Assembly: GCA_047495785.1 (NCBI GenBank) | Contig: JBLDXI010000030.1 | Location: 1,116,001-1,180,000 of the forward strand | DNA: 64,000 nucleotides | From: Lepidodermella squamata | Lineage: Eukaryota; Animalia; Gastrotricha | Direction: 5' to 3' | Shown here: positions 33,034 through 44,635 of the stretch, one piece after another | Layout of the letters: each line of letters begins with the position of its first letter | How positions within the stretch are numbered: position 1 is the first letter of the stretch | The notes under the pieces: generated by a model | Told to the model about the DNA's origin: nothing | What the model saw: the letters and a program-made list of their open reading frames with translations, nothing else | Database searches by the model: none | Made by a program: the position numbers and the translations under genes

Positions 33034-34203
33034 TCAGGAAAACATCAACGAGAAAAGAACTGCATCAATAATCATCACTGCAAGACCTGCCGCAGCAGCT
33101 ATTACTAGGTCCATAAACCGATGCATTGGAATAGGCATGCATTTGTGCAACTTGACGATACGAGATTTTAGAGACTCGGGAATACTAGGACTCAAGCAAG
33201 TATAGGCCGTGATGAGGACGGAAACGATAAATTTAGCTGATATCATGTACACGAGATACACATGATCTGAAGTTGTTGGCATCATACCAAAAATTAAGGT
33301 GAGAAACACAACGTAAGACAGCACAACAGTGACGCAAAACGCTGATTGGTCCCTGTTCACAGGTTCTACAATCAACGAGACGACTTGAAGGAAGAAAAGA
33401 ATGATCGTTGGGACAAAGATGTTACAGACGTAGTAGCCACTTTTGCGGCGAAATCGAATCGTCAATTTTATTTGGTCAAACTCACCGATGTCCTGTTGAG
33501 AAGCAGTGTTATTATACCCGAAATGCTCGACAAGTGACCATATATCAGTATCAACGATGAATGTGTTACCAGCAGTCACGTCGATTAAAAGAAATCTAAG
33601 GCGGAGCTGCACGTTTTCGTAATTATCATTGGATTCAAATACTAGCGAGCAGGCTTGTGTATCAAATGGGAATTTGCGGTAACTGAATGAAGTGCAGGCA
33701 ACGTCAAATCGGTCGAAAATGTAGTGTATCATTGTATCCTTTCGAGCAAAAGGGAAGATCAAGATTTGATCATTAAACCTGCGACCGACAGCAGGCGATT
33801 CATAAGCCGTCAAATGATTGATTATTGGTGTCCAAATACCCAACGCAGGCACTGGGTAGTAGAGCTCTGCAGGTTTGAGACTCTTGCATTCCACTTCGGA
33901 TAGCAAATCAGTACATTTCGGCACCTCGCATGGCAGTCCCCAAGATATAGCCATATATACAAGTAAAGACAGCTTTTGCTCCACATCGTCGATTCCAACA
34001 AAACGATGGAGGGAAACATCGATGTACACGGCGACCGGCCTGCTGCCGTTGGAATAAAATGATTGCTCTGCCGGTAGGTTTTTCGAAAGAACTGCCTGGC
34101 AACGCTCCGGGAACTTTGCCTCTAACGTGCCAGTAATCGTTGCAGCTGTCGCATACGACGCCAGCTTAACCACCACCAGCAAAACTAAAAACGAATCCAT
34201 CAT
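33034..34203 (-). CDS. atypical Cys-loop LGIC subunit, copy 11 (intact)
   Basis: 389 aa, CTSFSYRKFPFDTQAC, four TMs. Confidence 0.92.
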   Translation of the reverse strand: MMDSFLVLLVVVKLASYATAATITGTLEAKFPERCQAVLSKNLPAEQSFYSNGSRPVAVYIDVSLHRFVGIDDVEQKLSLLVYMAISWGLPCEVPKCTDLLSEVECKSLKPAELYYPVPALGIWTPIINHLTAYESPAVGRRFNDQILIFPFARKDTMIHYIFDRFDVACTSFSYRKFPFDTQACSLVFESNDNYENVQLRLRFLLIDVTAGNTFIVDTDIWSLVEHFGYNNTASQQDIGEFDQIKLTIRFRRKSGYYVCNIFVPTIILFFLQVVSLIVEPVNRDQSAFCVTVVLSYVVFLTLIFGMMPTTSDHVYLVYMISAKFIVSVLITAYTCLSPSIPESLKSRIVKLHKCMPIPMHRFMDLVIAAAAGLAVMIIDAVLFSLMFS

Positions 34204-35218
34204 TTTTCATTTACAATGTGATTCCTATATATGCTCATGCTAGCCGAAATAGTTCTCTGACTGGAAGGTGTAATTCAGTTACGCGAACCTTATCGACGAA
34301 ATCTCCATTGTAATTTCCTTCTGAGCGCTTACACTGTTCATATGTATCGATTGGAATGAAAATTCAGGTGCACCACCATCCCTTTGGCGGTCGATAGTTA
34401 GCTGGTGAACTGGCGTGCTCAAATATTTTTGTATCCTTGATATACACATGCGAGGCTGAAATGATTATCCCACTCGCAGTTATATGAAGTTTCATTGAGC
34501 TCATCGATTTCGAATCATGTCCTGTCAATCATGTCATGTATATCGGTGATCATAGTTATCGATTAGAAGACAGCAACCAAGCAAACTAAGTTCCCAGGCG
34601 AAATTGGATGATATTCGAAGACACGAGGGAAAACTAGGTATATTAGCTGCAGTGTTTCGGTTTCAAAACAACCGGCATGGTAGCAGTAGTAGTGTTTTTT
34701 AAAGCATGTTACACATGTTACAATGTAACAACCAATCGGACATCGGACCAAATGTAACAGCCAAAATCGAAGTAATGTCTGGAAAAGAAGGTTTCGGAGC
34801 CTTTTCTAGTGGAAAATCCTCAACATTGTCTCGCTTCGCTCGTATTATTGTAATATAATCGGACATTTTCAGCCTCATATCGTCAGTTTTAGAGAGCCCT
34901 TACGTTATTTCGCAATTTTCGAAAGTTTTCGAAGGAAAGGGAGAAGTGGTAAACGCCTGCAATGCGAACACTTCATGGTTGCTAAGTAAACTGGTTTTTT
35001 TTGTGGCGCCACACAAGAATTAACAGGCGATGCGTATCGAGTGTACATTACAATGGATCGGGAGCAGATGTTATTGCAGATGCAGATGTTTATTGAATAG
35101 GTAGTCGTTCGTCACATTAAATCAATGAAATTCAACTCGAGACGACACGGACACATTTTTTATTTAAAACTCTCAGTGATAGAGAAGCCTATTCAAATCA
35201 GTATGAGTATTTGAAAGT

Positions 35219-36388
35219 TCAAGATAGCATGAGGGAGAAAAGAATCGCGTCAATAATCATTATGATAAGACCTGCCGCTCCAGCAACCGCCAGGTCCATA
35301 AACCGATGCATCGGTATAGACAAGCATTTATGTAATTTGACAACGCGAGATTTCAGTTGCTCTGGAATACTAGGACTCAAGCAAGTGTAGGCTGTGATTA
35401 TGACTGCAACGATGAATTTAGCTGCAACCATGTAGACCAGTTATACATGATCTGAGGTTATTGGCATCATGCCAAAGATCAAAGTCAGAAAAACTACGTA
35501 GGAGAGGACGACACTCACGCAAAACGCTGATTGGTCCCTGCTAACTGGTTCAGCAATCAAAGAAACGACTTGAAGAATGAATAGTATGATAGTTGGGACG
35601 AAGATGTTGCAGACGTAGTAGCCACTTTTGCGCCGAAAGCGGATCGTAAGGGTAATTTGGTCAACAGAGACCGTTCCATTTGCATGCTCTGATAGTTGGC
35701 TGCTATGCTCTAGTGGCTCGACAAGCGACCATATTTCAGTCTCAACTATGAATGATTTACGGGCAGATGAGTCGATTGCAAATTCAACAAGGTGGAACGC
35801 TACGTCCCTGCTAGCAACAGCTGATTCAAATACCAGAGAGCAGGATTGGGTGTCGAACGGGAATTTTTTGTAACTGAAAGCCGTGCAGGAAACATCGAAT
35901 CGGTCGAACACGATATAATGTACTTCGTATGGAAAAAATGGATAGATCGAGACCTGATCAACGTTTTTGCGACCGAAAATAGGCGATTCAAAAGCAGTCA
36001 TATGATAGATCTCTGGCGTCCATATATCCAAAGCGGGAACCTTGTAATAAAAGCCATAACGGTAGGGCATATTGCACTCTGCGTCCGATAATAGATCTGC
36101 GCAATTCGGCTTTTCACACGGCAGCGCCCAATTCATAGACAGGTGCGCGAGTAAAGACAGCTTTTGCTCCACGTCATCTATTCCCACAAAATGATAGAGA
36201 AGCATTCTAATATTCACGATAACCGGACGGCTGTTGTTGGTATAAATCGCTTGGTCCATCGGTAGACCGTTCGACAGAACTGCTGGGCAATATTCAGCAA
36301 ATCTCGCCTTCAACTTTCCAGCAGCCGATGAAACAGCTTCTACACACGCCGGCTTTACTAGCAAAAGCAGAGCTAAAATTGACTTCAT
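35219..36388 (-). pseudogene. Cys-loop LGIC subunit, copy 12, single in-frame nonsense codon before M3
   Basis: SDHV*LVYMVAAKF: TAA at 35443-35441 replaces the conserved Tyr. The downstream frame is otherwise intact. Confidence 0.88.
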
Positions 36389-36914
36389 GCGGTTGATACA
36401 CCATGATCTTTAGACTTATGCAAAGCCGAAGTGAAGCCAGAGGTTTGTATGCTGCGGAAAAGAACTCATCGATTTCGTGTAGCCCATGTAATTTCGAATT
36501 TCCTGTGAAGCGTGAAGCGATTGTATGCGAAGGAATATAAAAATCCGTCATATAAGTATTGACTGAGTGGTAGATATTAATGCCGAAGACATCGCGATGA
36601 AAAGACTAAATATGATGCGCGAATTTATCTAATGGACTTTGATCCCAGGTCATACTTGGCCCTTCTCCGTGCCATCGCTGAGACCGGAATAAACGCGCTG
36701 TCTCCCCTTTATACTTTCTACTCTGCTGAATTGGCAAGTCTTGATATCGAAGTCTTTTTCCAAGGACAAGGACAGGGCTCTTCACCGTAACGAGTGAAGG
36801 TAGTAGGATTTTCGCTGATTTCTACTTTCTCACACACTCTGCTAGCGCATCGTTATATGAAGAGCGAGCATAATTCTGAGAAGTAGAGGAATTTTCGCTC
36901 ACCTCTGCTCACCT

Positions 36915-37322
36915 CTTCTGTAGTATGAAGTCAAATTATAGGTAACTGGAGTCCAAATGTCCAACGCAGGCACTGTGTAGCAGAGGTGATTTTGACTGAC
37001 TGTCATGCACTCTGTTTCATATAGCAAATCCGTGCATCGGGGTTTCACAAGGCAAGCCCCATCGCATAGACATGTAAGCTACTAAGGACAGTTTTTGCTC
37101 CACGTTGTCGATTCCAACAAAACGGTGGAGGCCAACATAGATAAACACGGAAACCGGCCTGCTGCTGTTGGAATAGACTTGTTGCTCTATCGGTAGGTTT
37201 TTGTAAAGAACCGCCTGGCATCGCTCCGAGAATTTCGCTTCTAACGTGCCAGTAGTGCTGAGAGCAACTCCCTTCTTCGCAAGCTCATCCACAATCATCA
37301 AAACTAGAAGCGGTTTCATCAT
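36915..37322 (-). pseudogene. Cys-loop LGIC subunit, copy 13, 5' fragment only
   Basis: N-terminal about 130 codons with a frameshift at PCETP. Homology stops shortly after DIWTP. Confidence 0.85.
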
Positions 37323-37551
37323 AATTTCTTAATTGAACTTAATTATATTACTGAAAAACCGCAAAGAGAAATGCCGATCATTACTCTAAGGACAGCCGAT
37401 AATGTTTTCCTATCAAACAAGAAATAATACAGCAATTAGGATCAAACGTTTTTGAGACGTGAAGTGGTGAAACAGCAGTGAAAGGTCGAAAATAAGCTTC
37501 TGGGCGCTTGGCGATGGGCTTCTTAAACAATAAATAGATAAATACATTCGT

Positions 37552-39663
37552 TCAGCTTAACATCAAGGTAAAGAAAGCGGTATCAACAATCATTACAGTA
37601 AGGCTTGCAGAAACAGCAATTGATAGATCCAAAAAACGAAGTATTGGCATGCTGAACGATTTGTGTATCCTTACCAGACACTTTTGCAGCTTTAAAGCGC
37701 GAAATGTCAGTGACTCGGGGATACTATGGCTCAAGCAAGTGTAGCCCGTGATTATGACTGCAACGATGAATTTAGCTGCGATCATATACACGAGGTAGAC
37801 ATGATCTGCAGTTTTTGGAATCATGCCAAAGATTAGCGTCAGGAATACAACGTAAGACAACACGACGGTTACGCAAAATGCAGATTGGTCTCGGTTAACA
37901 GGCTCCGCGATCAGAGAAACGACTTGAAGTATGAAAAGTGTGATAGTTGGGACGAAGATGTTGCAGACGTAGTAGCTGCTTTTGCGCCGAAATTGAATCG
38001 TTAGGTTCACATGGGCATACTCAAACTCGCCTTCAACTGTTGCATTGGTGCTATAACCAAAAAGCTCGACGACTGACCATATGTCAGTCTCAACAATAAA
38101 TGTGTTGCCAGCAGAACTATCGATTTCAAACGATCCAAGGCGGAACACAACGTCACTGAGACGGTCACCTGATTCGAATAGTAGTGAGCAGGCCTGTGTG
38201 TCAAAGGGAAATTTGCGATAGCTGAAAGCTGTACAGGAGACATCGAATCGGTCGAAGATATAGTACCTCACTGGATTTGACGAGGAAAATGGATAGATCC
38301 ATACCAGATCACTGAATTTACGACCGATAACAGGAGCCTCGTAAGCTGTCAAATGATAGATTATTGGCGTCCAAATATCAAACGCTGGGAACGGGTAGTA
38401 GAGTTTACTAGAGCGGAGTATGCTGCATTCCGTTTCGGATAGTAAATCGGTGCATCTCGGAACTTCGCATGGCAGCCCCCACCACACGGACAGATAAGCG
38501 ACTACAGACATTTTTTGCTCCACGTCGTCGATGTCTACAAATTACCACTGTCGGCCTGCGGCCTTTGACAGTTGACGGGGAACTCCGTGACTTTCTCGAA
38601 CACGTGGGTACGTGTGACCTTGAACATGCCCAACCTAAGACCTAAGTATAACTTTTTCGTGCACATCCTTGACTTGCTGCTTGCTGCCCATCTTTGCGCG
38701 TAACCATGTAGCGTGTCACCCACGCGCGTCAACGGCGACGACGGGATGGAGTTGATCATTCATTTGAGAGTCATTCGGTAACCGCCACCTACACTTGGCA
38801 TTAGGGTCCATATCACGGAGCCCGAGCAATCGAGATGGGCTTGTAAGTTAATGTATCGTTGCTCAGGTGGGCTTCAATTCAAGCTAAAAATCACGAATTT
38901 GAACACTGACGTGGTATTAACATTTGCTATATATTCGGTAAAAATAGCGCACTTGCGTAACGTAAAGATTTTTACGAAAACGTAAGCGGGTCGGGGAATG
39001 CGCTATTACCGTTACTCTCAGGTGACAAGTTGCCGGTCGCACATGCTAAAATAGTACGAATTGCATGTGTACGGGAACTTTTTCATTGGAGGATTGCAAA
39101 CAGGTGATAGACGATTGATGACGCCATGTCACCACAGTCAGCAGCAGTCAACATATCATCCGAAGTTGTGCGTTGATGTCGTGCGCACAACTGTATGCGG
39201 TTTTTTTAATGGCACACCCTAATCCTCCTTTAAATTGGGATTCATTTATTTACATCACCTACTGATGATTCTCGCCGACGGACCGACATAACGGAACACG
39301 ACCCTGTCACAGGACCCCGTCACACGACAACTCATTTTTTTACTGCGACACACTTATCCTCCTGAAACAGAGGACTCATTTTTTGACCACACTAACACAT
39401 ACCACTTTGACGACCGACAGACGGACCGGCCGAACACGACCTACGACAACGGGAGTTCCCCGTCATCGGAGAAGATCCATGTAAAGACTCACGACAACCG
39501 GGCTGGTGTTGTTGGAATACACCAATTGATCCATCGGAAGACTTTTCGACAGAACCGCATCGCAATACTCAGCGAACATTGCCTGTAGCCTTCCAGAAGT
39601 TCTCACAGTAGCTCTTATCGATACAAGCCTCATCGCAATCAACAAAATCAGCTGCGATTTCAT
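37552..39663 (-). pseudogene. Cys-loop LGIC subunit, copy 14, split by a 924-bp insertion
   Basis: Removing 38541-39464 restores ...MDLLR-FVDIDDVEQK... in frame. Confidence 0.9.
38541..39464 (-). mobile_element. non-autonomous Helentron-associated element (HINE-like), second family
   Basis: Minus-strand 5' subTIR GACGGGGAACTCC. 3' complementary subTIR plus hairpin (ACTGTC..GGCC-3nt-GGCC-GACAGT) and GGTAAT. Inserted in a TT dinucleotide without TSD. Confidence 0.75.
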
Positions 39664-39936
39664 GACGTTTATATTAGCATGCGATTTGTATGCCAAAATT
39701 ATTATCCTAACTTGCTGTTTCATGCGGTTGCATAGAGCTCAGTTCAATTTCCTGTGAATCCGGTGATCACTGATGATATCGATTGGAAAACAAAGATCCC
39801 GTCAATTACGTTCTCCCTTGTAATCGATTCGGTGGAAAATACAGGTTCACAGTTAGAAAAAGAAAAGGGACCTTCGTGGTCACAGTGGCAATCGACCTTC
39901 GAGAATACGGGAGGATTTCATACGATTTGAGAGAAT

Positions 39937-42900
39937 TCAAGATAACATCAGAGTGAACAGAACAGCGTCAATAATCATCACTGCAAGACCTGCTGATAAA
40001 GCCATTGCTAGGTCGAGAAAGCGATGCATTGGTATAGCCAGGGTTTGTGTAGCTTGACAATGTGAGATTTCAGCGGCTCAGGAATACTTGGACTGAAACA
40101 AGTATATGCTGTGATGAGAACCGAAACGATAAATTTAGCTGAAACCATGTACACGAGATACACATGATCTGAAGTTGTTGGCATCATGCCAAAAATCAAC
40201 GTGAGAAATACGACATAGGAAAGCACGACACTCACGCAAAACGCTGATTGATCCCTGTTAACAGGTTCAGCAATCAAAGAAGCTACTTGAAGGATGAAAA
40301 GAGTGATTGTGGGGACGAAGATGTTACAGACGTAGTAGCCACTTTTGCGACGAAATCGTAACGTCACTTTAATGTGGTCAAACTCACCGATGTCCGATTG
40401 AGAAGAAGCAGTGTTATTACCCAGTCGTAAAAAAATAGATCCTAGCTAGACCCTAACCGCTATTATTGGGTCTATCTGGATAGATCGTGTGGGATGCGAA
40501 AAATGACACTGGGGTAGATCTAGCTAGCGACTACCTAGACGGCGGACAGATCCTGATAGATAGACCGGCGGTAGATCTAAATTTTCGCGATTAGATCGTG
40601 CGTAGATCTAGTTCATAATACCGGCTTGAACTGCCCGCATGAATCACGGCTTGCCCCAGCTGTTCCTCCACTTGGTTCAGTTACCCTCATAGGAAGCAAT
40701 TATTCCAATAATTTCATTTATTTATTTAAAAACATTAAGCAATAATCAATTCTTATTATCACGATGAAGCAATTGATCACAAATCACATAAATATTAAAA
40801 ATAATGTCTCTCTGCTTGAAATTTCGAGCCGGCTACGACTTGGTTCCTGGAATTGTTGAAATTGAATCGAGTTATTTCGCCTTGTCGTCGTCACTCGTCA
40901 TTCGCGGCTTCAGTCAAGCGAAAATCTTCAAACTTCCATCTCTGAAAATAAATTGAAGATGAGAATCGCATTTTTCGCTATAATCAGGGGTCTTACCTGA
41001 AATGGGAGCTCAAATTAAATCGGCGATAAGGCAATTTAGCACGTTATCTTGGCACGGTGAATCTTGGCACCTAAACATTTTCCCTAAAAATAAATAAAAA
41101 AATAGCTGCAAAATTGTCTTACCATTTTCACGTCGATCGAGATTCGGGTTGAAATTCGCCAAAAATTGTGAACCAATTTAGAAAAAAATTAATAACTTGA
41201 ATTTTTTATTATTGCTGATACCATAAAACAAAATATTGTTAAAAATTCATTTTTCTTACCCTCACGATTTCACGGTGGTTGAATTGGACAAACGATTAGT
41301 ATTCGGCGAAAATTGCTGAAGCTTCAGGGGAAAAAATAAAATGAAATAATTACATGAGAATTTCAGAAAATATTTTTTGCTAACCAGCCGATAGCCGCAG
41401 TTTTTAGCCACAATCGCTCGATAATTGTTTCGAATTCCAAATTTTCTTCCTTCTCTGAAAATTGAAAATCAGGAAATTAAAAAAAATTGTTGATTAAAAT
41501 TTAAAATTTTGATTTTTGCTTCATAAATGCGTAATTCATCTAAATTGGATAGCGGAAACTTTCGTATCATTGGTAAACAATCTTGGCCTCAGAAAATTCT
41601 ACGAGAGCATTAAAGGTTGACTTTACAAATTATTTCAGGATCCTAATAATTTTGTTGAAATTTCACCAATTTTTTTTGTTTTTCAACTACATTTTACAGG
41701 CAGGTAATTTTCTTACCGCGCAGTTGGTTTTCATACAATCTTGTAACTGAGACTCGGCATTGGATGATGGATGACATACCGAAATTGACGATGTCTTCGG
41801 CCGTTTACCAGTCAGCCTTGTGAGGCAGGTTCGACAGGATACTAGCAATCCTATATGAGGTAGCTTCAACAATTAAGGTGGAATTTTCGGAACAAATAAC
41901 AAACCAAGTAGATCACGACTGCCTTGTTGACGTGTTGCAGTGTTGAACCTGAAGCGATTTCACAAAAAAATTGAGGTGACGGAACGATCTTAAGTAAAAA
42001 TAATTATTTACAAAATTCAGGAAAAAATAGACGGTCATTTCAAGCCTGTACTACGGCCGAATTTCCACGCAGGAAGTCCGCGATAATTGCGATTCCCCAT
42101 TTCTCGCCCGTGACATCGGCATGGAAATTGATAAAATTCTAAAAATATGAAATGTGTGGCTGAAGTTTATTTAGCACAGTCGGTTAAATTAGGGTTCGAA
42201 AACTAGAAACTACACGTGGTTTAGCGGTTATGTGGTTTCATAATAAGTTTACTAAGACTATCAACTAAGAGTGTTGAGGTAGCAGCATAGCCTTAGCCTT
42301 TAGCATAGCAGTGAAAAAAGCAAGTCAGCCTCAACAAAATCAAACCAAAATTATGATGAAAAATAACAAATTCGAATTAGGTTGAAGAATTGCGAAATGA
42401 GAGATTTATTTCATTCTCAAAGTAGTTCAGAAATCTGCTGCTGTAACAATGGTGCGTCATAACGACACGTGCTGGACTCAAACCAATTTTGAATCGAGCA
42501 AGACAATTTATGACCTGAATATTGCCGTGGGTCATCTCTAGATCTATCGCCTTAGATCCATGTGTGTGAAATTGATGAGCTAGAACGCGGCTCAGTTATT
42601 GGTCAAATCAGAGCATCGCTACTTGTGGGTCGACCCTGGCTAGATCGATCTGGTTAGATCCTGTTAAAACGACCCTGGCCTACTCCAAGTGGCTAGGCCT
42701 GCGTGGAATAATTACATGTGCTGAATAATGGCGATGGCTTGTCCGAATCTGAACAAAATCTGACCTATTGGCGATCGAGGAGCCTCGATCTATGGGTATA
42801 GACGTAATTGACACCATTCGGGCTGTTTGAATGGTCGCCTTGGTCTAGCTGTGACCTAATTTCTACGATCATAGTTGATAGATCTTTATTCGATCTTAAT

Positions 42901-43611
42901 TCGATCATTCCGCTATTTCTCGGTCTACTGATTTCCGACTGGGTATACGCGAAATGCTCTACAAGTGACCATATATCAGTATCAACGATGAAGGTGTTGC
43001 CAGCAGTCGTGTCGATAATAAGCAGTCTAAGGCGGAGCTGGACGTCTTTGTGAATATCATTGGATTCAAAAACTAGCGAGCAGGCCTGAGTGTCGAATGG
43101 GAATTTGCGGTAGCTGAATGAAGTGCAGGCAACGTCGAATCGTTCGAAAATGTATTGTTTCATTGCATCAGATGAGGAAAATGGATAGATCAAGATTCGA
43201 TCATTCAATTTTCGACCGACAGCAGGCGATTCAAAAGCAGTTAGATGGTTGATTACTGGCGTCCAAATATCCAACGCAGTAGAGCGCATCATGATCGAGA
43301 CTCATACATTCCGCTTCTGAAAGCAAATCTGTACATTTCGGTGTTTCGCATGGCAGCCCCCAAGATATAGCCATATACACAAGTGGAGACAGCTTTTGTT
43401 CCACATCATCGATTCCTACAAAACGGTGAAGGCCAACATCGATATAAACGGCAACTGGCCTGTTTCCGTTGGAATGAACTGCTTGCTCTGTCGGTAGGTT
43501 TTTTGAAAGAACCGCTGGGCAACGTTCAGCCTCCAAAGTTCCAGTAGTGGTCACAGCAGCACTCGTCGTAGCAAGCTTAGCGACCATCAGCAAAGCTATA
43601 AACGATTCCAT
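39937..43611 (-). pseudogene. Cys-loop LGIC subunit, copy 15, split by a DNA transposon and frameshifted
   Basis: 5' part 43611-42944 and 3' part 40419-39937. Frameshifts near 43280 and 40040. Closest to copy 11. Confidence 0.9.
40420..42943. mobile_element. non-autonomous DNA transposon, CCCAGTCG TIR, TA TSD (CMC/EnSpm-like ends)
   Basis: TA|CCCAGTCG...CGACTGGG|TA. Dense subterminal TAGATC/GATCTA motifs at both ends. Empty site matches copy 11. Confidence 0.8.
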
Positions 43612-43976
43612 TATTCAATTTACTATGTGATTCCAACAAGCTCAACATTGCTTAGCCGAAAGGTAAGTTGTACTGCAGCTCCACGGAGCTTATCGACGAA
43701 GCAACTCTCCATTCAAATTTCCTGAGGAGCGCTTGAAAATTTAAACTTACTTGTTCGTAGGTATCGATTGGAATGAAAATCCAGCCATCTCTTTGCACCA
43801 GCGTCTCTGGCTGCGTTTGTGATTTCAGAACTACACATTTCCAATCGCCGTAGTTTTCCAAATTTTGGTCAAACATGAGAAGAAAGACGAGTCAAATATG
43901 GATAAATCAAGTACAGCGACCGAGTAGCAACAATTTTCTCTGGAACTCTCAAGCTAGGATCCACGGTACCTCCGTC

Positions 43977-44155
43977 CAGTGCGCGAAGTACGGCGGGGGG
44001 AAATGGTGGTATCATACCCCCCCCCCCCCCCCCCCCCCCCAGTTCGCAAGGCCAAAGTAGAAAACCCCGAATAAAACCACAGGGGGGACCCGTTACCCGT
44101 TGGACATAAAATTAATACCCTATACAAATCCTAGTTTGAGAATCTTCGCGCACTG
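43977..44155. mobile_element. hAT-type MITE related to 5627-5789
   Basis: CAGTGCGCGAAG...CTTCGCGCACTG with TSD CCTCCGTC/CTTCCGTC (one mismatch). Internal poly-C run. Confidence 0.85.
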
Positions 44156-44635
44156 CTTCCGTCCCGCCCTGTAATTCGGACACTGCACGTCACTATGTAT
44201 CAGCAAAAATCGGGCAAACATCTGCATAATTAGGGTAGCTGATTTTCGCTGTAATACATCACTGGTTACGCAAAACTGACGTCATCGTGAATTTTCTTTC
44301 TATTCACGCAAGCACATGCTCATTACCCAGGCTTGTCATTTCCGGACAGGACACTCACGCCATGCGCTATGACTTTGACGCTGTTTTAACGAAGCCGTGT
44401 TAACTGCGAGTTGCGAAGGTGTTGAGATAGCGATGAGCGGACCCTAAACATAAAATCAAATTCAAATACAACCACTCGAATAAGCTTCAAAAAGTACGCA
44501 ATCAAGCAGTTTGAGGTTCATCCGCAATTAACATGCATAAGAATGAAACTGATATGACTTATTTCACGTATGTTTTAAAATCTGCATAGATCCATAGAGC
44601 TAGTTTTTACGCTTTTTCTCAGCCTTGCATCGTAA

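Noticed and set aside
8933-36091. Recurrent antisense and alternate-frame ORFs overlapping the channel genes (e.g. ...HSxSDSKSVHFG...)
   Set aside because: They recur only because the sense-strand paralogs are conserved.
6070-43611. Prokaryotic pLGIC (GLIC/ELIC-type) operon, suggested by intronless genes and short M3-M4 loops
   Set aside because: The genes have the Cys-loop disulfide pair, are on mixed strands with kb-scale spacers, and sit among spliceosomal-intron genes and eukaryotic transposons.
6070-43611. Assigning nAChR alpha or HTR3 gene symbols
   Set aside because: No vicinal cysteines or loop B Trp and no recognisable orthology.
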